Positions 56,599 to 64,000 of a stretch of DNA of 64,000 nt are shown here, in pieces. Numbering within the stretch: position 1 is the stretch's first letter; each line of letters begins with the position of its first letter. Position numbers and translations under genes: made by a program. Source of the DNA: an uncultured Gemmatimonadales bacterium (GTDB lineage: Bacteria > Gemmatimonadota > Gemmatimonadetes > Gemmatimonadales > GWC2-71-9); NCBI GenBank assembly GCA_963728915.1, contig CAVSLV010000003.1, forward strand, positions 192,370 to 256,369, written 5' to 3'. The notes below the pieces were generated by a model. It was given only the letters and a program-made list of their open reading frames with translations, was not told where the DNA came from and did no database searches.

Positions 56599-57828
56599 CT
56601 ACTTTGGCGTCACCCGGAACAATCCGCCGGGATTGGCGTCTTCGATCAGCCACACCGCGCCGTCCGGCCCGACCGCCACATCGCGAATCCGGTGCCCCAC
56701 GCTCCAGCGTTCAGCCGGCGTCGCCCCGCCCTTCCCGTCGAAGGTGATGCGGTTCAGGGTCTGGGTCTGCATGCCGCCGAGCAGCGCCGAGCCATTCCAC
56801 TCTGGGAACATCGCCCCGTGATAGAAGGTGATGCTTCCCGGCGCGATGACCGGGGTCCAGTAGATCACCGGCTTGGTGAGGTCGGGCCGGGTATCCGGAC
56901 TGGGAATCGGGGTGCCATCGTAGTTGACCGCATACGAGACGAGGGGCCAGCCGTAATTCTTGCCGGGCTCGATCAGGTTCAGCTCATCGCCGCCCCGCGG
57001 CCCATGCTCCAGCTCCCATAACCGGCCGTCGGGCCCGAACGCGAGACCGTACGGGGTGCGATGCCCCATCGTCCAGGTCTCCGACGGCGTGAGGTTCGGT
57101 CCCGGGAACGTGTAGGTGGAAACGACCGGCGCGGTCTTGGCCTGCTCGGTGTTGCGGGGCGGGTTAATGATGTCGAGGGTCTCTGCCCCGGTCTTGCCCG
57201 CGTTGGGGTTCCCCGGCGCCGGTTTGCCGTCCAGGGTGAGCCGCAGGATCTTGCCGAGTGGCGAGTTGGGATCCTGCGCCGGGGTCATGCGCTGCCGGTC
57301 GCCCACGGTGAGAAAGAGGTAGCGATGATCGGGGGAGAAGGCGACCGCCGCGCCGAACTGACCGCCGCGGCCCCGCGCGCCGTCGCGCCAGATCACCTGC
57401 AAGCCCTCGAGACTCGCGGTGCCATTGCCGAGGGCAAGGCGGGCCCGGGCCAGTGCGAGGCTCGAGCCCGGCCGGGTACTGTCGCCCGGCTCGGAGTAGG
57501 TGAGATAGATGTTCTGGTCGGTGGCGTAGCTGGGCGACAGGTAGACGCCGAGCATGCCACCTTGCCCCTGCGAGAGGACGGCGGGCACGTTCTGAACCGG
57601 CGTCATCCCGCCTTGCTGGGTCACCAGCGAGAGGGCGCCGACTTTCTCGGTGATGAGCATGCGCCCGTCGGGCAGGAATGCGATGCGCCAGGGCAGCTTG
57701 AGCTCGGCCACCTTCGTCATGGTGAACGGCAGGCTGGCCTCGGGTTCCAGGCTGCCGGCATTCACCTGGGCCGGCACGGGGGACGAAACGGAGACGAGGA
57801 GCAGGGCGGCACTCGCGATGGCCTTCAT
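56599..57828 (-). CDS. PQQ-dependent soluble sugar dehydrogenase (GSDH)
   Basis: PWRIAFLPDG, GQGGMLG, GKILR, EHGPRGGDELN, NYGWP, RIRDV. Confidence 0.92.
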   Translation of the reverse strand: MKAIASAALLLVSVSSPVPAQVNAGSLEPEASLPFTMTKVAELKLPWRIAFLPDGRMLITEKVGALSLVTQQGGMTPVQNVPAVLSQGQGGMLGVYLSPSYATDQNIYLTYSEPGDSTRPGSSLALARARLALGNGTASLEGLQVIWRDGARGRGGQFGAAVAFSPDHRYLFLTVGDRQRMTPAQDPNSPLGKILRLTLDGKPAPGNPNAGKTGAETLDIINPPRNTEQAKTAPVVSTYTFPGPNLTPSETWTMGHRTPYGLAFGPDGRLWELEHGPRGGDELNLIEPGKNYGWPLVSYAVNYDGTPIPSPDTRPDLTKPVIYWTPVIAPGSITFYHGAMFPEWNGSALLGGMQTQTLNRITFDGKGGATPAERWSVGHRIRDVAVGPDGAVWLIEDANPGGLFRVTPK

Positions 57829-57880
57829 CGAGAACTCCTCACCAGGGGGGTCGCGGCCTCGAGCTATGCTTTCTTCCTGG

Positions 57881-58381
57881 TTACGAATGTACCATGCGTT
57901 CATGCTGACCATCTACGCCAGGCCTCTTGACCTGGATCTCTCGAGGCCGAGCCTTCTCGATCCTGGGAAGCCGGATGGTGAGGACCCCGTTTTCGGTGGT
58001 CGCCTCGATCCGTTCCGGGTCCACGGTGGACGGGAGGGTGAAGGTCCGCTCGAACCGCCCGTAGTGCCGCTCCCAGCGATGCCACCGCTCGTCCTTCTGA
58101 TCGGTCTGGGTCTGCTTCTCGCCGGAAACGGTGAGGACCTGATGCTCGAGACTGATCTTCACATCCTCGGGGCGAACCCCGGGCACATCCATGGAGATCG
58201 TGAGATGATCCTTGTCTTCCCGGACATCGACATTGGGGGTCCAGGCCGATCCAACGGTGTCGCCGTTGTCCTGGTTGGTGGGGTGGCCGAACGCTTCATC
58301 CATGAGACGGGTGAGCCGGGTGAGGCCCGAGTACAGGTTCTGGTTGGGCTCAGCGGCTCGGCGCAGGGTGGTGAGATACAT
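57881..58381 (-). CDS. Small heat-shock protein Hsp20
   Basis: WTPNVDV, DVPGV, ERHYGRFERTFTLP, NGVLTI, IQV; SD GGAGG. Confidence 0.93.
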   Translation of the reverse strand: MYLTTLRRAAEPNQNLYSGLTRLTRLMDEAFGHPTNQDNGDTVGSAWTPNVDVREDKDHLTISMDVPGVRPEDVKISLEHQVLTVSGEKQTQTDQKDERWHRWERHYGRFERTFTLPSTVDPERIEATTENGVLTIRLPRIEKARPREIQVKRPGVDGQHERMVHS

Positions 58382-58454
58382 GGGTCTTCCTCCCAAAGGG
58401 TTCAGGGTCCACGGAGCGGCGGTGAAGGCTCGCTCCGTACGGGGGGAGGGGATG

Positions 58455-58544
58455 TGCAGCCTGGATGCCAGCGGTGGGGCGGCCTTTTCGGTCAAATTGG
58501 CAAAGCGAGTCGGTCGAGTTGGAGGGGGTGGTGCCAGGATGGCA
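58455..58544 (-). promoter_or_regulatory. Sigma54 promoter and paired upstream palindromic sites for hsp20
   Basis: Minus strand TGGCAT-CCAGG-CTGCA (GG-N10-GC, 58455-70); GGTCAAATTGGCA (58490-502) and TGCCAGGATGGCA (58532-44). Confidence 0.6.
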
Positions 58545-58779
58545 AAGGCCGGCGCGGGGGTGTGGTTCGCCGCCTCGACTCGGGATACGGAGAACTCTCA
58601 TATCGAGAAAAGGCGAGCCATCATATCCAGGATATGCACCCAGCCTGCTTGCAGCCTAATTCAGGGTCTGCAGGGGGAAACTGGGTGATATGATCGCGAG
58701 GGGTGGATTGGATTGGCAGTACGATGCCGGGTTAGAGAGCGGGGTTCTGCAGGACGATGTTGGGATAGGTGGCGGGGTT

Positions 58780-58808
58780 TTGCCGCGACGACGAAGATAC
58801 GGTAGCAT
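58780..58808 (+). promoter_or_regulatory. Candidate Pc cassette promoter
   Basis: TTGCCG-N17-TAGCAT, about 20 bp upstream of the first core site. Confidence 0.6.
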
Positions 58809-58814
58809 TGGGGT

Positions 58815-58839
58815 GCAGGTTAATTAATGGTTAGGGCGC
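58815..58839 (+). other. Candidate attI-like primary recombination site
   Basis: GGTTAATTAATG-GTTAGGG (core 58830-36). GTTAGGGCGC is complementary to GCGCCCTAAC at the end of cassette 1, and no attC palindrome precedes it. Confidence 0.6.
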
Positions 58840-58891
58840 CAACCACACTCGCGGCTACTCAATTATCGCAGCACACCAAAAGGAGGACCGC

Positions 58892-59524
58892 ATGGTCACC
58901 AAGCTCCTCGCCACCACAGCCGCCCTGATGCTGGTAGCTGGTCCGGCGTCAGCGCAGCACGCTGGGAGTGTTGAAATCGGCTTAGTCGCGAAGGAGGTGA
59001 GGCTGGATGGGAGCTTTAGCCCATCCGGAAAGGCTCCATGGGTGTGGGGGGCCAGCGTTCGCCTGGGTCTCTTTTTGAATCGACACTGGGAGCTAGAAGC
59101 AGATGATGCCCAAACGTTTGGACACGCAACGGGGTTCTTCAACGGGTACGCGAGTACCCCGCTCAATTATTACCCACACCATCTTCGCGTTAACTACAAT
59201 CAGGCGCTGGGCGCCGCGGGTCGATTCGTCTGGCTACTCGGGGCAGGCCCGGCGTACAACCTTTACGGTCCCAAAGGGCAAGAGGAACCCGGGTTCAAAG
59301 GCCACGATTGGGGTTTCGCCGTGCTAACTGGACTTAGGGTAGGGCTCACGCCTGGCATCCGGTTTCGCTTTGACGGCGGGCTCGACTACATCCCTTCACC
59401 GAACAACGGGAAAACCGCCGTGGTGAACCAGTTTGACGGCATAACCGCCGCGGCGCCTCCCAAGCACAACATTGATCTCGGCCTGCAGGCCGGCTTGGCC
59501 GTCCTTCTTGGCCACGGGCACTGA
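58892..59524 (+). CDS. Cassette 1: outer-membrane beta-barrel (OmpA-TM-like) protein
   Basis: SD AGGAGG, signal peptide ASA|Q, about 8 amphipathic strands. Confidence 0.75.
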   Translation: MVTKLLATTAALMLVAGPASAQHAGSVEIGLVAKEVRLDGSFSPSGKAPWVWGASVRLGLFLNRHWELEADDAQTFGHATGFFNGYASTPLNYYPHHLRVNYNQALGAAGRFVWLLGAGPAYNLYGPKGQEEPGFKGHDWGFAVLTGLRVGLTPGIRFRFDGGLDYIPSPNNGKTAVVNQFDGITAAAPPKHNIDLGLQAGLAVLLGHGH

Positions 59525-59581
59525 TCACAGCCTCGCCGGGCCGGACAACCTGCGGCGCGGGGCCAACTGAAGGAGGCTGCG

Positions 59582-59701
59582 CCCTAACCCGCGCTTGCAG
59601 CAGACCGGGGCGTAAGCGCGGCGCAGCCGCGCAGGATATCTTCAACCCGGATCGCGCGGCTGCGCCGCACGCCCCGGCTGCTGAAGCGCAGGGCGTTATG
59701 C
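59582..59701 (+). repeat. attC site 1 (120 bp)
   Basis: CCCTAAC...GCGCTTGCAGCAG / CTGCTGAAGCGC...GTTATGC; long imperfect palindrome with an extrahelical G. Confidence 0.9.
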
Positions 59702-59733
59702 GGCCTTAAACACTTGAATAATCTCTGTATATC

Positions 59734-60423
59734 GTGCGCTGGCTGATTACTGAACAGGACTTCGCCCGGGCGGACCACGCCGCCTGGCGGCGCGTTCCCG
59801 TCGCTGTCGTGCTCTATTACGGCCTTGGTCTTGGGATCCCGATCGGGCTCTTGCTTACCGAATGGGGAAGCCCGGGGAGTCTCCTTCGAACACTCCTTCT
59901 GACGTGTTCCCTGACTATCCTGCTCGGTGTGGTCCTTGCCGCATTTGAGGCAGCCACTTGGTGGATCCCAATTGCCCGTAGGATACGCCAGTTATACCAC
60001 CTCGATCCGAGGTACGTGCAGCAGCCACCCCCTGGCTTTGATGCTGGGTTTCCCTGCGCTGCCATGGACTCGGAGGGTAAGCTCCATCCGGGCATGGTCT
60101 ACATCGGCCCAGATGAGTTCCTCTTCGCTCCTCACATCATACAAAGCAAGAGAACCGCGGCGGTCACGGCCGACCCTGCCCAATCCGCGGTGAGGATAGG
60201 TCCGGCAAGAACTATCACCATACATCCGGCCGGCATCAGAAGAGGCAAAATGCTCTCCTGGCTATTTGGCGGCCCGTTGGCGAAAGGACTCGTTGTCAGC
60301 TGGGACGGCCATACTACCTTCTTACGCGTGCCTCGTAGCGACAAGCTCTTCATGCAGCTCGAGGCAGAGTTGGTTAGGATGCGACAACATGCCGATCAGC
60401 ATGGCCGCGCGGACAGCGCTTAA
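59734..60423 (+). CDS. Cassette 2: hypothetical 2-TM membrane protein
   Basis: ORF fills the space between attC1 and attC2; two N-terminal hydrophobic segments. Confidence 0.7.
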   Translation: MRWLITEQDFARADHAAWRRVPVAVVLYYGLGLGIPIGLLLTEWGSPGSLLRTLLLTCSLTILLGVVLAAFEAATWWIPIARRIRQLYHLDPRYVQQPPPGFDAGFPCAAMDSEGKLHPGMVYIGPDEFLFAPHIIQSKRTAAVTADPAQSAVRIGPARTITIHPAGIRRGKMLSWLFGGPLAKGLVVSWDGHTTFLRVPRSDKLFMQLEAELVRMRQHADQHGRADSA

Positions 60424-60428
60424 TCGCC

Positions 60429-60550
60429 GCATAACCCGCGCTTGGAGCCGACGAGGGCGTGGGCGCGTCAGCAGCCGCACGGTATATTGATCGGCGAGGC
60501 TGTGCGGCTGCTGCCGCACGCCCTCGCAGCTCAAGCGCAGAGCGTTAGGC
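60429..60550 (+). repeat. attC site 2 (122 bp)
   Basis: GCATAAC...GCGCTTGGAGC / GCTCAAGCGC...GTTAGGC. Confidence 0.92.
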
Positions 60551-60576
60551 TGTGCCATTTTGAGGTTCGAGATACT

Positions 60577-61659
60577 ATGAGAGCTTTCCTCTCAATAGCC
60601 GTTGCCATCCTTCCCCTAGTCCGGTTCGACACGGTCACCCAGACTTCAGCACTGCGCACCCTGCCTGCTATCACCCTGGACGAGCTTCGAGAGGCGCCCT
60701 TCGGCACACCGTTTGGTCTCACCCTCGACCCTGACGGTGGCTTCTACGTCGTCGACAGCAAGCAGGCTGGTGTATCTCGTTTCGATCGGCACGGAAGGGG
60801 TCTTCGGCACTACGGCCGGAGCGGGGACGGCCCCGGTGAATTCGAGGCGGCAACCGAACCGACCGTCATTGATGATTCAACCCTCGCTATCGCAGACCTC
60901 ATGCGCCGCGATCTCACGCTGCTGGATCGCCGCACTGGCCGCTTCCGTCAGCGGATTAGTATCGGCCACCTCATAGGATCGATCGCACCTACGGCCCACC
61001 ACATCCTCATCGGAGCGCGTGCGCTCTCTCCACGGCATTCGGTGGCGTCCCTCGATTTAGCTACGGGCACGGTCACACTGCTCTACGGACTGCCTGCAGA
61101 GTATGTCAAAGGAGGACCTCTCGCCGGAACACGCTACCGCGTATTCGTGCGGCCCCGCGGGGACACCCTCTGGATCGGGTGGGAAGGGACCAACTATCTG
61201 GTGAGGGCGGTCGGGGGTATCGTCGTGGACACCCTCCAGTTCCCGCGGCGGCGCCGCAAAGGTGTGCCGCGCGACCCAAACGCACAACTGGAGCGCCTCC
61301 CATTTGCCCAACAGTTTGCTTTTATGTCCTCCCTTATTGGGCTCAGCGTCCTGCCGGACGGACGCGTGTTGGCGGCCCACCTCGATGCGGCACTGAGCCA
61401 TCAGATTCCGTCGCGGATCATGCCGGGGGCCCCGCTGCCGATCACGTCGCGACTCTATTTGACACTTCTTGACCTTCCGGCACACCGGGCTTGCGTGGAT
61501 CTCGAGGTCCCGATCTCGGATGACATTGTCCCGGCGGTGGCGTTCGCTGCGGACACCCTCATGGTCCTGGACCAAGAGCCTAAGGGCGCCGATATTCAGA
61601 CGGTGGTCCGCCGGTTTCTTGTAGACGACCCTCACTGCGTGTGGACCTCGCTTCCGTGA
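60577..61659 (+). CDS. Cassette 3: exported 6-bladed beta-propeller (NHL-like) protein
   Basis: FYVVDS...FDRHG...YGRSGDGPGEF signature. Confidence 0.8.
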   Translation: MRAFLSIAVAILPLVRFDTVTQTSALRTLPAITLDELREAPFGTPFGLTLDPDGGFYVVDSKQAGVSRFDRHGRGLRHYGRSGDGPGEFEAATEPTVIDDSTLAIADLMRRDLTLLDRRTGRFRQRISIGHLIGSIAPTAHHILIGARALSPRHSVASLDLATGTVTLLYGLPAEYVKGGPLAGTRYRVFVRPRGDTLWIGWEGTNYLVRAVGGIVVDTLQFPRRRRKGVPRDPNAQLERLPFAQQFAFMSSLIGLSVLPDGRVLAAHLDAALSHQIPSRIMPGAPLPITSRLYLTLLDLPAHRACVDLEVPISDDIVPAVAFAADTLMVLDQEPKGADIQTVVRRFLVDDPHCVWTSLP

Positions 61660-61678
61660 GGTGCCGCTGCCGGACACA

Positions 61679-61800
61679 GCCTAACCCGCGCTTGGAGCCG
61701 ACGAGGGCGTGAGCGCGTCAGCAGCCGCACGCTATATTGATCGGCGAGGCTGTGCGGCTGCTGCCGCACGCCCTCGCAGCTCAAGCGCAGAGCGTTAGGC
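61679..61800 (+). repeat. attC site 3 (122 bp), near-identical to attC2
   Basis: GCCTAAC...GTTAGGC; two internal substitutions relative to attC2. Confidence 0.92.
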
Positions 61801-61918
61801 CGCGTGAAATCGAACTAACGGGGAGTGTCATTGTGACACACTCCAAGTAACACTCTCGCCTTTCTCCTCATTGTTGCCGTGCTTTTCGGAGGTACACATC
61901 CTGCTTCCCTTAGCACAT

Positions 61919-62601
61919 ATGGTCCACCCTATCCTAGTGCCAACTCGGGTTCTCTCCGTGCTTGGGGCCTTTGGCGCCCTGACCAACGGGGCCTGTAGCC
62001 TTTTGGGTAGTACAGAGGCGAGCATCTGTTCTGGCCCCGGCTTCTCTGCCGTCGTTGCGGAGGTTCGTGATCAAGATGGAAGACCGGCAGCTCGCGGTGC
62101 ACGTCTCCTCGTCCGTGACGGGACTTACCGGGACTCCTCGTCGGTCGCGTTCGATGCTTTGTCCATCGGCGCAGCCGACAACCGCGATGGGAGGTACGAC
62201 GTCTGGGTAACACGTCCCTGGTATCGAACTGCGAACATCCGCGGAGTAGAAGTCCCGAAGGGATCATGCGGAGCTCAACATCCGGTCACCGTATCAGCAC
62301 AAATCCAGTTGCTCCCAAGTGCTCCACCTGTCCGCAGCCTGTATGTCGAACCAACAGGCGTCGGACTGGTCGTGGCTACACAGTGCAGTTTCAAGCCTAC
62401 GTCGACGCACTGCCCCAAATGGACCACGGGGTACTCTGGTCAGTCGAGGATACAACGATTGCGTCGATTACCCAAGAAGGCGTTGCGAAAGTCAAGTGCA
62501 CCGCCCCGCTTGGGAGCACAGCTGTTACGGCTCAAGCACGAGCTGACCCCAGGGTAATCGGGTCGGTACCACTCGCGGTAATAGATGTGGCGTGTCGCTG
62601 A
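61919..62601 (+). pseudogene. Cassette 4: lipoprotein with beta-sandwich and Ig-like domain, frameshifted near 62368
   Basis: NGAC lipobox; frame 1 reads to VEPTGVGL, frame 2 continues GRGYTVQFQAYV...VLWSVEDTTIASITQEG. Confidence 0.7.
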
Positions 62602-62617
62602 TCCCGCAGGCAACGCG

Positions 62618-62738
62618 GCCTAACCCGCGCTTGCAGCAGCCGAGCCCCTGACGCCTCGGCCGCCACGAGGTATGTTCTCAATCTTGGCTTCGTGGCGGCC
62701 TCAGCAGGGGCTCGCTGCTGAAGCGCAGAGCGTTAGAG
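62618..62738 (+). repeat. attC site 4 (121 bp)
   Basis: GCCTAAC...GCGCTTGCAGCAGC / GCTGCTGAAGCGC...GTTAGAG. Confidence 0.9.
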
Positions 62739-62826
62739 CGCCAACTTCTGGTTGTCGATTGGGCCTCCCCCGGAAAAATGGACAAGGAGTTAAGCCGGAG
62801 GCAAACTTCTAGCTCCGGAGGAGGTC

Positions 62827-63120
62827 ATGAAATCGACGCGGCGGCGGTTCACACGGGAGTTCAAGCTCGAGGTGGTACGGCAGCTGGAGAGTGGGCGCCG
62901 GCTGGCCGATGTGGCGCGGGAATTGGGGGTGGATGCCCAGGTCATCCGGCGCTGGCGGGACCAGGTGACGGTGGATCCGGCGACGGCGTTTCCGGGCAAT
63001 GGGCGGCAAGCCCGGTCGGAGGATGAGCTGCAGCGGCTCCGCCGGGAGGTGACCCAGCTCCGCGCGGAGCGGGATTTCCTAAAAAAAGCGGCGGCGTTCT
63101 TCGCGAAAACGTCGCGGTGA
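62827..63120 (+). CDS. IS3 transposase OrfA (HTH and leucine zipper)
   Basis: RRRFTREFKLEVV...VARELGV...ERDFLKKAAAFF. Confidence 0.93.
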   Translation: MKSTRRRFTREFKLEVVRQLESGRRLADVARELGVDAQVIRRWRDQVTVDPATAFPGNGRQARSEDELQRLRREVTQLRAERDFLKKAAAFFAKTSR

Positions 63121-63977
63121 GGTACCAGGCCGTGGCGACCGGGTCCCGCACGCTGTCGATCGCGCGGCGCTGTGCGCTCCTCGGGGTCTCGCGCAGCGGG
63201 TATCACGCGGCGCGACGCCGGGTCCCGAGCGCCCGTGCCCTGGCCAATCAGCAGCTCGTGGTCGAGATCCGGCGGATCCACCGCGAGGTGGACCGGACCT
63301 ACGGCAGTCCGCGGATGCACCCCGAGCTGGTCGGCGCCGGTTTCGCCTGTGGGAAGAATCGGGTCGCACGACTCATGCGCGCGGCGGGGATTCGGGCGAA
63401 GCAGTCCAATCAGTATTGCGTGACGACGAACAGTCGGCATGCCTTCGCCATCGCGCCGAATCACCTCGATCGGCAGTTCGCGGCCTCGGCGCCGAATCGA
63501 ATCTGGATGGGCGATATGACTTACATCCCGACCGCGGAGGGATGGTGCTTCCTGGCGGTCCTGATCGATGCGTTCTCGCGCCGGGTGATCGGCTGGGCAG
63601 TGGACACCCAGCTCACCGCGAGTCTCCCGTTGATGGCATGGCAGCAGGCCGTGGCAGCGCGACAACCGAAGCCTGGCCTGGTGCACCATTCCGATCGGGG
63701 GACCCAATACGCCTGCACCGCCTACCAGACGGTGCTGCAGCGGCACGCGGCGATCTGCAGTATGAGCCGGAGTGGGGACTGCTGGGACAATGCGGTAGTC
63801 GAAAGCTTCTTCGCAGCGCTCAAAGTCGAGCGGCTCCACGAACGACGCTACACGACGAAAGAAGAACTGGAAGCTGACGTGCAGGACTACATCGAAGGGT
63901 TTTACAATCGACGGCGGCGGCACTCGACCCTGGGCTATCTCAGCCCGGTGATGTTCGAGCTCCGCCATGCGGCTTAA
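63117..63977 (+). CDS. IS3 transposase OrfB (DDE)
   Basis: YGSPRM, WMGDMTYI, HHSDRGTQY, DNAVVESFF. Confidence 0.93.
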   Translation: MRYQAVATGSRTLSIARRCALLGVSRSGYHAARRRVPSARALANQQLVVEIRRIHREVDRTYGSPRMHPELVGAGFACGKNRVARLMRAAGIRAKQSNQYCVTTNSRHAFAIAPNHLDRQFAASAPNRIWMGDMTYIPTAEGWCFLAVLIDAFSRRVIGWAVDTQLTASLPLMAWQQAVAARQPKPGLVHHSDRGTQYACTAYQTVLQRHAAICSMSRSGDCWDNAVVESFFAALKVERLHERRYTTKEELEADVQDYIEGFYNRRRRHSTLGYLSPVMFELRHAA

Positions 63978-64000
63978 ATCACTGTCTATCGATTTGGGGC

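Larger units (their letters stand above)
58830..62759 (+). mobile_element. Integron gene-cassette array without adjacent integrase (CALIN-like): 4 cassettes plus stub
   Basis: Four attC sites each following a single co-oriented ORF; visibly lower GC than the flanks. Confidence 0.9.
62760..64000 (+). mobile_element. IS3-family insertion sequence (right IR cut by window end)
   Basis: IRL TGGGCCTCCCCCGGAAAAATGGACAAGGAGTTAAGC; the reverse complement of the window end, GCCCCAAATCGATAGACAGTGATTTAAGC, aligns to it; orfA/orfB present. Confidence 0.93.

Noticed and set aside
58382..58830. Possible integrase remnant upstream of the array
   Set aside because: No tyrosine-recombinase motifs recognisable in the listed ORFs or by eye; a tBLASTn search would be needed to exclude a highly decayed fragment.
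59582..62738. Repeats considered as a CRISPR array or REP elements
   Set aside because: Units are ~120 bp, separated by whole genes, and have RYYYAAC/GTTRRRY-type ends; no cas genes are present. They fit attC sites.
62790..63968. 392-aa antisense ORF over the IS
   Set aside because: Shadow of the transposase frame, as commonly seen on IS3 elements.
1..64000. tRNA or rRNA genes
   Set aside because: None recognised in the intergenic regions by eye.

Overview
High-GC bacterial chromosomal window. The gene repertoire (eukaryote-like Ser/Thr kinase fused to a beta-propeller, many exported peptidases and amidohydrolases, Ig/RCC1 lipoprotein) suggests Gemmatimonadota; this is an inference only. 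Positions 1-58.4 kb hold mostly metabolic and housekeeping genes: a PolX with a non-canonical active site, M20/S41/M61/M28x2/S9 peptidases, an ABC exporter, a full kdp locus (small peptide-kdpFABC-porin-kdpDE), a tandem amidohydrolase fusion, two Ser/Thr dehydratases, a desaturase, pirin, ADP-forming acyl-CoA ligase, a frameshifted GMC oxidoreductase, soxCD, apt, mtnP and hsp20. Three features stand out. (1) An integron-type gene-cassette array at 58.8-62.76 kb has a candidate Pc promoter and attI-like core, four ~120-bp attC sites and four complete cassettes whose ends are 10-12-bp complementary. No integrase is in the window, and the array is interrupted by an IS3-family element. (2) A detached toxin-antitoxin cassette of the same attC family lies 27 kb away, with an internally deleted attC. 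(3) A ~155-nt highly structured leader RNA with an alternative anti-Shine-Dalgarno pairing precedes a gene whose product starts with a short basic helix; this is a candidate RNA-protein regulatory module. Several genes appear to be decaying by in-frame internal deletions.
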